A DNA stretch of 64,000 nt from Eledone cirrhosa (taxonomy: Eukaryota): the NCBI GenBank assembly GCA_964016885.1, contig CAXHJY010000142.1, positions 1-64,000 on the forward strand, written 5' to 3'. The number at the start of each line of letters is the position of its first letter. Positions within the stretch are counted from its first letter, which is position 1. This document shows positions 25,669 through 35,969 of the stretch, in pieces. The notes beneath the pieces were generated by a model. It made no database searches. It had not been told where the DNA came from and saw nothing but the letters and a program-made list of their open reading frames with translations. A program made the translations under genes and the position numbers.

Positions 25669-27164
25669 ATATATACACACATATTAAAAAAGAGAAATAT
25701 ATATGTTGTTATCGATTAGTCTTCACATCAATATATATTTTTTCCCTCTGAAACGATTGTAAAAAAATGGATTAATTAACTACTGCGCCTTGTTTTATTT
25801 TTCATTGTTCAATATTTTATAAAATGTGGTTGGTGTTAAGAAGGGCATCCAGCCGTAGAAAACCTGCCAGATAGTCCTATATGAGCGAGACACGGTCACC
25901 CGACCAACCTTGCCTCAAGTGGGACAACTCCCGTCTAACCCATGCTAGCGTGGAAAATAGACGTTAAACGAAGATGATGATGATGATGATATATATCTCC
26001 ACCTGTTGTTTTGACAATGAGTATTGCAGTTGTTCTAACAATGGAACAGCCTGCTCATGAAATTAACCTGTAAGTGGCTGAAACAAACATGTAGTCGTTT
26101 GAATTACAGGTACAGTTCATCTGACAGGCTTCCAAACAGTTTCCGCCTACCCAATTTCACTCACAGTGTGTGGGTCAACTTGAGGATATTGTAAACGGCA
26201 CTTGTCCAAGGTGCCATGCAGTGAGCTGGAACCCAGAACCTTCTGATTGTGAAGCGAACTTTTTAACTCCTTGGCCAAGCTGTGAACCAATTCTTTTTAT
26301 TAGTAAAAGGGGCAACGGATGAGAAGATATTACATGATGATGTTGATGTTGATGATGCTTTCTAAGAAAGACAGAGAAGTGGGTGTGTCAATTTTATCGA
26401 TCAGCCTCTGCCCTCTCTCTCAATACTTCGTTAATTGATATTAAGTAATATTTTATCTATCCCTAAAAGGATTAAAAACAAACCTAACTACCTCCCTGTC
26501 CCTTTTTATTTGCTACAGGGGAAAACGAAACAAACCGGACCACATTAGGCTGCTAGGGCTACGGGAGAGGAAGAGAGTATGACAGTTGCATAATATATCA
26601 ACCCCTCCTCCCTCAATAACTCCTTGTGGCACCGTCATACAGCGTGTGTAGGGCACTTTTAAACCTGAACCTGGAGGAGCCCAACTCTCTCCAGGTCTGA
26701 ACAACACAATCGATTTTTTTCTATAGAGGAAGAATCGACCCCATTACTGGACTGGTACTTTTTTTTTATCGATCTCGAAAGGATGAAAGGCAAAGTTGAC
26801 CCCGGCGGGATTTGGACTCAGTGCATGCAAAGGGGTGGGACGAATGCCGTAAAGCATTCTATCAGACGTCTTAACGACTCTACCAATACGCCGCCGCCTT
26901 AATATATCACAATAGGAAAAAAATAACATACACATGTAAACAACACAAAGGAGCAGACGAAGGAAGTGTCTTTGTGATAGCTTGGCATGCTAGAAACATC
27001 AGCCAAATGTTTCTCAAATCATCCACACACTCACTCCTGCTAGGACACGTTAGATAATGACACCCTGGAATTTTTTTCTTTAAATATAATTTTACTGAAG
27101 CGAAAATTTTATAGTTTAAAAGTGACATACAGAGATACATAAACAAATCAAAATTTAATCTGCG

Positions 27165-27275
27165 AGGTAGTAGTAGTAGTAATGGTGGTGATAGTAGTAG
27201 TAGTAATGGTGGTGATAGTAGTAGTAATAGAGGTAGTAGTAGTAGTAGCAGTAATATTAGTAGTGGTAGTAGTAG
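27165..27275. repeat. (TAG)/(TGG) microsatellite
   Basis: Directly visible. Confidence 0.9.
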
Positions 27276-28120
27276 GAAAGTTTGGATGGTTTAAAGATAA
27301 CGTCATCAGAAATGAATTAAAAGTCGAAAACATTCCAATAAAAATAACTACAACAACAACAGCAACAATACTATAACAATGTATACAGTAATGGCTTGAG
27401 TGTATTTGATCATAGTTTTAGCTACGACCAGAGCTGGCCTAGGGTTAAACAACACCAACAACATGTAAACAGACATGACCACTACTACTACTACTGCTGC
27501 TGCTACTGCTACTACTACTATTAATAATTGTTTCTACTTTTGGCACAAGGCCAGCAATTACTCAGTAAATTACTGGTACTTTATTTTATCGACCCCGTAT
27601 GGTTTCTGATTTGGGCACAAGGTCAACAATTTTGGTGGGAGGGGAAACTCGATTAAATCGACCCCAAATAATAAATATTTGGCCATAGGTCAGAGGTGGC
27701 TTCTTGTTATTACTATTATATATGTGGTCATGGTTGGAATGCCTTTGATCATAGGTCATTTCGACGATCAGAGCTAGCCTCGGGCTAAACAACAACAGCA
27801 CCACCAATATGTAAACAGAGGCGTAACCAAAAACATAAATAATAATATTTTTAAAAAGATGTTCAATTAAAATAAAATTATATGAATAAATAGAGTAAAC
27901 CGATAAAACGGGGTCGGATCCCGAAACATAGATTCGGGAGCCACCGAAAGCCCACTATCCTTAAATAATACAATATAAGGATTTCGTAATACATACATAC
28001 ATATACATATATATATATATATTTATTTGGCTCTGTTTAACTGCATTGAGCTATACCTTTTGCTATCATTTCTATAATACGAAGAGGGTGTTTAACTCCA
28101 ACACGCTCCAGTATTCTAAT

Positions 28121-28157
<37 letters not shown>

Positions 28158-28221
28158 CACAAATATATATATACTAATATATGTGTATATATATAAATAT
28201 ATATATATAATTTTTTTTATG

Positions 28222-28381
28222 AATATAGAAAAGGCTTCTACAGAACTAGAACTGTTTCATTCGGGCTTTCCTGATGATTTCCTTCGAATGAAACAGTTCT
28301 AGTCCTGTAGAAGCCTTTTCTATATTAAATTTATACTCAGCTATGTATTGAGTACCTTACTGTGGTTACCCCCGATTGAAC

Positions 28382-28382
<1 letters not shown>
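28222..28382 (+). mobile_element. Hammerhead-bearing Penelope-like pseudo-LTR element with inverted 5' arm
   Basis: 42-bp inverted arms (28222-28263 / 28285-28326); same family as 18192 and 53680; flanked by AT and CA microsatellites. Confidence 0.7.
28264..28315 (+). ncRNA. Type I hammerhead ribozyme motif with intact CUGAUGA/GAAA/GUA core
   Basis: GGCTTTC (stem I) CTGATGA T-TTC-CTTC-GAA-T (stem II) GAAACAG-TTCTAGTC-CTGT (stem III) A | GAAGCC. Predicted cleavage after 28309. Confidence 0.7.
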
Positions 28383-28457
<75 letters not shown>

Positions 28458-28695
28458 TGCGTATATATTAGTGTGTTTGTGTAGTAGGTGGTTCTGTATA
28501 GAGGAAAACAGTAAATTCAACGGGAGAATGGAAGGAACCAAGGTAGATCTTAAAGCTTAATAACAATGGATTCTCTCTTAGTGGGCAGTGGTCTAGTTGA
28601 CGGGATACAGAATTTAGCATATTACTGGTACTTAATAATGGTAACAACAACATTATTTGTATATATATGTGTGTGTATGTATATATATATATATT

Positions 28696-28927
28696 CGGAA
28701 GCATCCGATGCTGACCAGTTCTCCTTTACGGGTAGTGTTTGATGCTCAGAGAGTGGGATTGGTCAAGTGCAAGGGTTTTCCCCACTTAAAAAACCTTCAA
28801 AACACAGGCATTGCTTGTTCAGGATATGTTACAGGTTCCTTGTGGCTGGCCGTAGCCTAAAAGTGAACCATTTTCTGTAATCTGACAAGCAATTGCAATA
28901 CTCTTAGAAGAGTTTGCAGCCATCATA
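28696..28927 (+). mobile_element. (AT)n-associated element, 3' portion
   Basis: GATGCTCAGAGAGTGGGATTGG...GAGTTTGCAGCCATCAT(AT)n. Confidence 0.65.
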
Positions 28928-29068
28928 TATATATATATATATATATACATGTGTGTGTGTGTATTGTATATATATAGTTTGTGTGTATATATATATTTTT
29001 GTTTGTGTGAATATATATACACACACACACATATATATATATATACCTTTGTTTGTGTGAATATATAT

Positions 29069-29108
<40 letters not shown>

Positions 29109-29240
29109 ACATACAAACAACCATAGGTGCATAATTATACACACGCACTATATCGACAGGGAGGGAGTAGTTTTATTGGTATAGAAAATGTGAGTCAGAT
29201 ACGGAGAAATAGAAACGGGAGACGTTGGTAAGAGTGTGTA

Positions 29241-29287
<47 letters not shown>

Positions 29288-29347
29288 TGTGTGTAGGTAA
29301 GTAAGCAACAGTGGCTAAGTTGTACTTATTAGAGAACTCAACATGGG

Positions 29348-29398
<51 letters not shown>

Positions 29399-29592
29399 AT
29401 GTATGTAAGTGTGATCGTAAGTATATATATGTGTGTTGTGTGAAAGAAAGAGAGAACTATAGATAGAACGTGAGTGATGTATATAATTGTTTCTACTTTA
29501 GGCACAAGGCCAGCAATTACCCAGTGCATTACTGATATAATAGCAGAAAGACAGGACAATAATAGAAAGAAAAGAGATATTGGAAGACTTAC

Positions 29593-29663
29593 ATTTTTAT
29601 CTCTATATTGACGTCCAGATCACAACTATACACATAGCACAATCTATCTGGAACATCAGCCAT
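29593..29663 (-). CDS. PIK3C3: Vps34 first coding exon
   Basis: AAAACCATGG start context. MADVPDRLCYVYSCDLDVNIEIK(I)|GTAAGT; human [23 protein letters not shown]. The phase-2 junction fits exon 2. Confidence 0.92.
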
Positions 29664-30317
29664 GGTTTTTTAAAATAAATATGAAGATAATTAGTGTGTG
29701 TGTGTATATATATATATACAATGGTTGGTGGCCTCTAATGTTTCACTTTATCAATTAGCAACACATAATGTCCAGTGTCGGATTGTCTGTCACCAAAGCT
29801 TTTCACTCTGGTGTCTAGTCGCCATCATGACAAGGGAAATAACTGGGATAACTATACATCATTTACACCGATGACCTCCCCCTTACCTCTTAACTTGTGG
29901 AATGTATTGTCTTACTTTTTTTGTCTTTCTATTTTTCATTCATTTTTTTTCCTTTCTCACTTTCTTTCTTTCTCACTTTTTCTTATCTTTCTTTCTCTCT
30001 CTGATTCTTTGCTTGTTTGTTTGTTTCTTTCTCAGCTTTTCTTTTTAAATGTTTCCCCCTTTTACTTCTTTTTAAATTTCTTCTATTTTTTCGTTCCCTC
30101 TCCCCTTTACTCTCTTGTTTTCTCTTTTTTTTTATTCCCACCCCCTTACCACCAATCATCTATTTCGTTTTATCCTTTCATTCAGCAGGCTTATAATCTA
30201 AGGTTCATAACATCATCATCCCACCACCACCACTATTTTTCAACAAGAACTTGGTGTCATTTTAATAATTTTGAATCGCGAAAAAAATTTATAATTTTTT
30301 ATAGTCCATCGCCATAA

Positions 30318-31066
30318 TCTAGACCTAGCCTGCGCATCGGCGTTTCCCTGAGGCTCGGCCTCCGGATCTGCCAGCCACACCAATGTCGCTGCAGTTCCAC
30401 CGTGGACTCTTTCGGCCTCCACTCGCTTTCCTGTCGCCACAGTGGCGGCCGCATTCCACGCCATGCTGCCCCCAACGAGGTCATTAAGCGTGGTGTGGAC
30501 GCTGCAAGCTTCCCTTCCCAGCTCGAACCGGTGGGGTTGGATCGAGGGGACGGCAAAAGGCCAGATGGCATGACCATCTTCCCGTTCTGCGGTGGCAAAC
30601 CCCTCGTCTGGGATGCCACTTGCACCGACACTTTCTGCAGCCGCAACCTGGTGCAGTCTGCAACTGACCCAGGTTCTGCTGCACGTCGGGCTGAGGGGGC
30701 CAAACTCCTCAAATACCGGTCGCTCTCCGACAGGTTTTTTGGTCGTACCCCTGGCAGTGGAGACTTCTGGTGTCCTCGGCCCCAGGGCTACCTCCTTACT
30801 CACCACAATAGGCACCGAGCTGGCCAGCCGCAGGTGTGAGCCCCGCGAGTTGGAGTGGCTCTTCCAGCGCGTCTCCCTCGCCGTGCCCCGGGGAAACGCC
30901 TTCTCCATTCTGTCCGTCGGGGCTGTGGGTGGGCCCCATCGCGTACCGTTGTAGTTGTTGTAGGAGAAACGGGTTCCACTTGTATATTGTATATATTTTT
31001 CTTTTGTATATATTTTTCTTGGATATCTACACCTTCGAAAACGTATCTCTGTAAAATAAAAAAATA
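30318..31066 (+). mobile_element. 5'-truncated CRE-clade non-LTR retrotransposon (zinc knuckle plus restriction-like endonuclease), frameshifted
   Basis: GC-rich island. LRLGLRICQPHQCRC...GLHSLSC...RHAAPNEVI...LEPVGL...RPDG...WDATC...KLLKY; after a frameshift at the T-run near 30735, VPLAVETSGVLGP...FQRVSLAVPRGNA. A-rich tail at about 31053-31065. Confidence 0.85.
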
Positions 31067-31369
31067 TACATTTTAAGAAATTTATGGGAAAACAAAGACA
31101 GAGGGGAAGGGAATTAAAATGTAATTATGCCATAAAACGCCCCTCGTGTCTAATTGGTACTTATTTTATCGACCCTTAAAAGACGAATGTCAAGGCTGAA
31201 CGCTACGAGATTCGAACTCAGATCATAAAGGAATGATACGGCCGCAGTATTTTCCCTTGCTCTCTACCGATTCTACCAACGTTGATAACCAAACTCCAAA
31301 AGGTTCTCTTTGTTTCACCTCAGTCAAGGAAGATAACTCTGTTAGCTTATTGTGTTTCATTAGAATCAA

Positions 31370-31409
31370 TGACGTCATGCTACTTCCGGTTCGACATCAA
31401 AATGGCAGC
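31370..31409 (+). promoter_or_regulatory. Housekeeping-type proximal promoter motifs of PLRG1 (CRE/ATF, ETS, YY1-like)
   Basis: TGACGTCA at 31370-31377, ACTTCCGG at 31382-31389, CAAAATGGCAGC at 31398-31409 overlapping the ATG. Confidence 0.6.
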
Positions 31410-32319
31410 CGGTATAGACGATGTCTTGAAACACTCAGTGCATACATTGGTGTTTCGTTCACTGAAACGAACTCATGATATGTTCCTGTCTGATCAGAAC
31501 TTTATACCCACAATCGACGAAAAATGCGAGAAGCTATGGGCCGATATAAAATTACGCGGCGAATACAGCATGGTGAAAGACATGCCGCGACCCGAACCAC
31601 CGCACTCGAAAAAGCTCACAGAACACGTTGGAGGATCCAACTCGACCGGTCCGGGCGATCAAGACGGGGAACAAAATCAAGTAGAGTTCCGAAAGACTGT
31701 ATTGTCAGATGGATCGGTTGTGACCACACCTGTACCAAACAACATGCAGGTGACTACCTATGATTCCAAGACTTCCGACCAGAATTCCAAGATGTTAACT
31801 ACCTTGAATCAAACGTTAATCCCAAGAAAAGCCCCAACTATGCCCAAGCCGGAATGGCACCCTCCTTGGAAACTGTACAGAGTGATTTCTGGCCATTTAG
31901 GCTGGGTCCGATGTATATCTGTGGAACCGAAAAACGAATGGTTTGTTACGGGCGGCGGTGACCGCGTTATAAAAATCTGGGACTTGGCTAGTGGCACGCT
32001 AAAGTTGTCCCTGACAGGACATATCAGCTCTGTACGTGGCGTGTGTGTCAGTCCTCGCAACCCTTATCTCTTCTCTTGCGGTGAGGACAAACTGGTGAAG
32101 TGCTGGGACCTGGAATACAACAAAGTAATTCGCCACTACCATGGACATCTGAGTGCTGTTTACGGCCTTGATATTCATCCTACCATTGACGTATTGCTGT
32201 CGTGCGGACGTGATTCTACGGCCCGTGTCTGGGATATGCGGACAAAAGCGTGTGTCCACACCATGACTGGACACACCAACACTGTAGCTGTGGTCAAATG
32301 TCAAGCAGCTGAGCCACAG
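31402..32319 (+). CDS. PLRG1: Pleiotropic regulator 1 (Prp46, Prp19/NTC complex WD40 protein), exon 1 (306 codons)
   Basis: [20 protein letters not shown]-terminus, [25 protein letters not shown] and WD repeats; ends QAAEPQ|GTAAGT. The ORF-track extension past 32319 is intron read-through. Confidence 0.97.
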
Positions 32320-33237
32320 GTAAGTAAATTGTTCATTCTCTTTCGTTTTATAAAAACATATTTAAAAAATCCCAGACTTTCTGGTCCGAATAGAACATTT
32401 CCAAATGTTGACAGCCTGATTCGTTCTGGTTTTTACACACAGGCTTTAGTAAATGCAGGAATATTCTGTAATAATTTGTACAGTTTATGATATTATTATT
32501 GATTAAGGTTAATTTTACCTTGAAATCCTTACGGGGTCGATAAAATAAAGCACAAATAATACATTGGAATGATTGCTGGCCTTGTACCAAAAGTAGAAAC
32601 AATTATTGATTAGGGTTTGGGGTTCGTGTTGGCCTTTAGTTTAAGGTTAGGGTTAAGGGTTATGAGGCAGCTTTAGGGCATTCTATAACATTTACTACTG
32701 TTTATGGTACGTATTATTGATTAGGGGATCGGTTTGAGGTTAGTTTAAGGTTAGGGTTAAGAGTTAAGAAAAATCACGATTGGAAAACTAGTTGTTTTAG
32801 AATTTCTTTTATACTATACGCAAAAAATTGAATTGAACTGTTTACTTTTTGTTTTGAAAAGATATTGGATTCCCCATAAACATTGATTCATCGAGATAAG
32901 GTCTACCATGTTCGTTGACCTGCTAGAAATAGCAGCCATATCTACCTCAGATCACCTACCGTCTTGAAAGAAGGAAATATACATTAGATAATCTAGTCAT
33001 AGATACTCATAAAAATATGGTATTGTCCAGGCAGGAATGTTTCTGACTAGGTTTGGTTCACATTCTTTATACTCTTCCACATATATTTTTACTATTGTAC
33101 TATTTCATCATTGCCATCATCATTCTTGTGATTTAATGTTTGTTTTCTATACTTGCTTGGGTTAGATGGGTTCTCGTGTGCTGTGGCTTGACTGGTCAGG
33201 TGATCACATCTTACTCATACTCTCCATTTTAGTATGG

Positions 33238-33480
33238 TTTCTCAGGCTGGATTCTCTTCCTAACACCAGCCATTTTACAGTGTGTACTGGGAGCATATTT
33301 TCTACAGCTGGATGCTCTTTCTAACACTGACCACTTTACTGCATGTACTGGGAGCATGGGTTGTAAGGTCAGATGCCCTTCCTAACACCAGTCACTTTAC
33401 AGTGTATACTGGGAGCATGTTTTCTACAGCTGCATGTTCTTCCTAACTCTGACCACTTTGTAGAGTTCACTGGGTGTGTT
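33238..33480 (-). repeat. About 60-bp tandem repeat (4 copies) derived from a Meta-like SINE, inside the PLRG1 intron
   Basis: Repeated TTTCTACAGCTGGATG..CTTCCTAACAC..ACCACTTTAC...TACTGGGAGCAT. Confidence 0.75.
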
Positions 33481-34043
33481 TATCATGTGGATCACCTAAA
33501 CTAGAGAGGTTGCTCTTAACACAATGGAAGAGTCCACTCAATCCAGGTCTTCCTCTACTGCAGCTTCCCTCCACTGGATGTCTTAGCACTTCTTCACCCA
33601 ATGATCATGATCCATATGCCTCACATGATCACACCAGCACCATATTCTCTCCTGCACTGATTCATTTGATTCCTCTGATACTCAGTGTTTCTCTTAAATC
33701 TGCCTCCCATTAGCCTTCAATATTTGAAATTTTTTTTTGTTTTTATCACTTGTCTCACTAGTTCTTTTTGATTACCTACTGTAAGGAGTACTCAATGCTT
33801 CCCCTAGTCTGTTATGGTTTACTAGTTCTATACGTACGTTTAAATTGAATAAATGAATAGCATAAAATATTTAAAATAAGGTCCATCTCTAAAGATGTTG
33901 ATAATCTGGAAAATTATAATTTTATATAATATTTCCATTGTATTTTCATCATCATCATGTTTGTTTCCCTGCTTGCAGGTTGGATGGGTGTGTTTTATTT
34001 CTGTATTTGTTTTTCTTATATTTCTGTTTCTTTCCTTCCCTAG

Positions 34044-34556
34044 GTAATTACTGGTAGCCACGATTGTACTATCCGTCTATGGGACCTGGCAGCTGGACGT
34101 ACTCGTGCCACACTTACCAACCACAAGAAGAGCATCCGATCCTTAGTCCTCCACCCCACCAAGTATTCCTTTACATCAGGCTCTCCAGACAACATTAAAC
34201 AGTGGAAGTTTCCAGATGGGAACTTCATCCAGAACTTGACAGGCCACAACGCCATCATCAATACTCTCGGTATGAACTCTGACAATGTCCTCGTGTCTGG
34301 CGCCGACAATGGTACAATGTATTTCTGGGACTGGAAGACTGGTTACAACTTCCAGAGAATCCAAGCTGCTGTACAGCCAGGCTCTATTGATTCTGAAGCT
34401 GGTATCTTTGCTTGTACCTTTGATCACAGTGGAAGTCGTTTGATTACTGGGGAGGCTGACAAAAGTATCAAAATTTACAAAGAAGATGAAACAGCCTCCG
34501 AAGAAAGTCACCCCATTAACTGGAGGCCAGACATTCTGAAGAGGAAGCGATATTAG
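34044..34556 (+). CDS. PLRG1: PLRG1 exon 2 (170 codons plus stop); full protein about 476 aa
   Basis: Polypyrimidine tract TTTCCTTCCCTAG|GTAATT; [19 protein letters not shown]...[15 protein letters not shown]...[18 protein letters not shown]; in frame with exon 1. Confidence 0.97.
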   Translation, partial: VITGSHDCTIRLWDLAAGRTRATLTNHKKSIRSLVLHPTKYSFTSGSPDNIKQWKFPDGNFIQNLTGHNAIINTLGMNSDNVLVSGADNGTMYFWDWKTGYNFQRIQAAVQPGSIDSEAGIFACTFDHSGSRLITGEADKSIKIYKEDETASEESHPINWRPDILKRKRY

Positions 34557-34759
34557 ACATTTTCTTCTCTGTTTATCATCTTCATTCATCTTAATATTTT
34601 TTTTGTATAAAAAAAAGTTTTCTTAAAATATATTCATAAAAATATCATAAAATATTTTATAAATCATTTGAAACTGAACTGTGTTGTTTTTAATTAATGG
34701 ATCTTGATTTTTTTGTTGTTATTCAAAAAAAGTTACAAAAAGTTAAAGCTTATTCTAAA

Positions 34760-35195
34760 CCTAGAGGCTCATGAGGCCCGTGCTTATCCCAGTTTTGTCA
34801 GTGTTAAGTGACTGAGAGTACCAGACTTCCAGAATGGCACTCCTTCACAGGTTTAACCTCCAGTTACTGCTGCTGGTACTCTTTCTCAGCTGAGTGTACT
34901 GGAACAATGTGAAATGAAGTGTTTTGCTCAAGAACATTATGCACTATCTTGTCAAGGAATTGAACCCATATGAAACAACTGACAATACAAAACTCCCCCC
35001 TGGACAGAACACCAGTTCATGGCAGAGTTAATTCCCAGCTACTGCCGGTACATTTTTTCAGCTGTGTGTACTGGAGTAATATGAAATAACGTGTTTTGCT
35101 CAAGAACATAATGTGCCACCGGATTCAGAAATCAAACCCTCAACATTATGATTGTAAATCTAACACCCAACCTATGAGGTCAAGTGCCTTCACCA
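34760..35195 (-). mobile_element. Two tandem V-like SINEs
   Basis: GGAACAATGTGAAATGAAGTGTTTTGCTCAAGAACA repeated; GCTTATCCCAGTTT tail. Confidence 0.7.
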
Positions 35196-35848
35196 TTGAA
35201 ACAGTACCTCACAGTATCTGTTTTCATATCATCTGTGTTTCTGATTTAGAAATGGTACACTGTGTCCCTGCATGTTGTAAGAGGTGACTAAAAAGGTTAG
35301 CAATCAGAAGAGAATTTGGTGGGATTTAGTGATATAAATAACTTCCACATTATTCAACTGGTGTTTGGAACATAACTTAAAGGTTCTTAGATAACCTTAT
35401 GATGGATGTATTTTATATGTCTGCCTGTCTGTATGTATGGACCAATAACTCCTGATGCAATTGTGGATTTGGTGTAGTGACATACAACGTGTCTTAGACG
35501 TCTTTTTAAAAGTCTTTTGGAGCACTTCTTTCAGTCTGAACAGCTAATTTCTTCTCTTCCAGAGAAGGAATGAGAGATGGAGTGAGAAAAAGATATAGAG
35601 GAAGAAAAAACTCCAGTACTAGACTGGTACTTTTTAGTTCGACTCAGAAAGAATGAAAGGTAAAGTTGACTTCGGCAAGTTTTGAACTCAGTACAGAGAG
35701 TCAGAACAAATACCGCAAATCGTTCTATCCAACGTTCTAACGACTCTGCTAATTCGCCAGGAAGGTGTCCGTGTATATATAAATACTTTAAAATAAATAG
35801 TTTTGTGTTGTAGAATGAGGGGTGGTTTAATAAGAAATGGGGGTTAAT

Positions 35849-35969
<121 letters not shown>

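Noticed and set aside
30240-30908. 222-aa minus-strand ORF and overlapping ORFs
   Set aside because: Antisense or alternate frames of the GC-rich CRE retrotransposon fragment.
31282-31401. 40-aa N-terminal extension of PLRG1 in the ORF track
   Set aside because: It begins at a TTG at the edge of a SINE remnant; homology and start context begin at ATG 31402.
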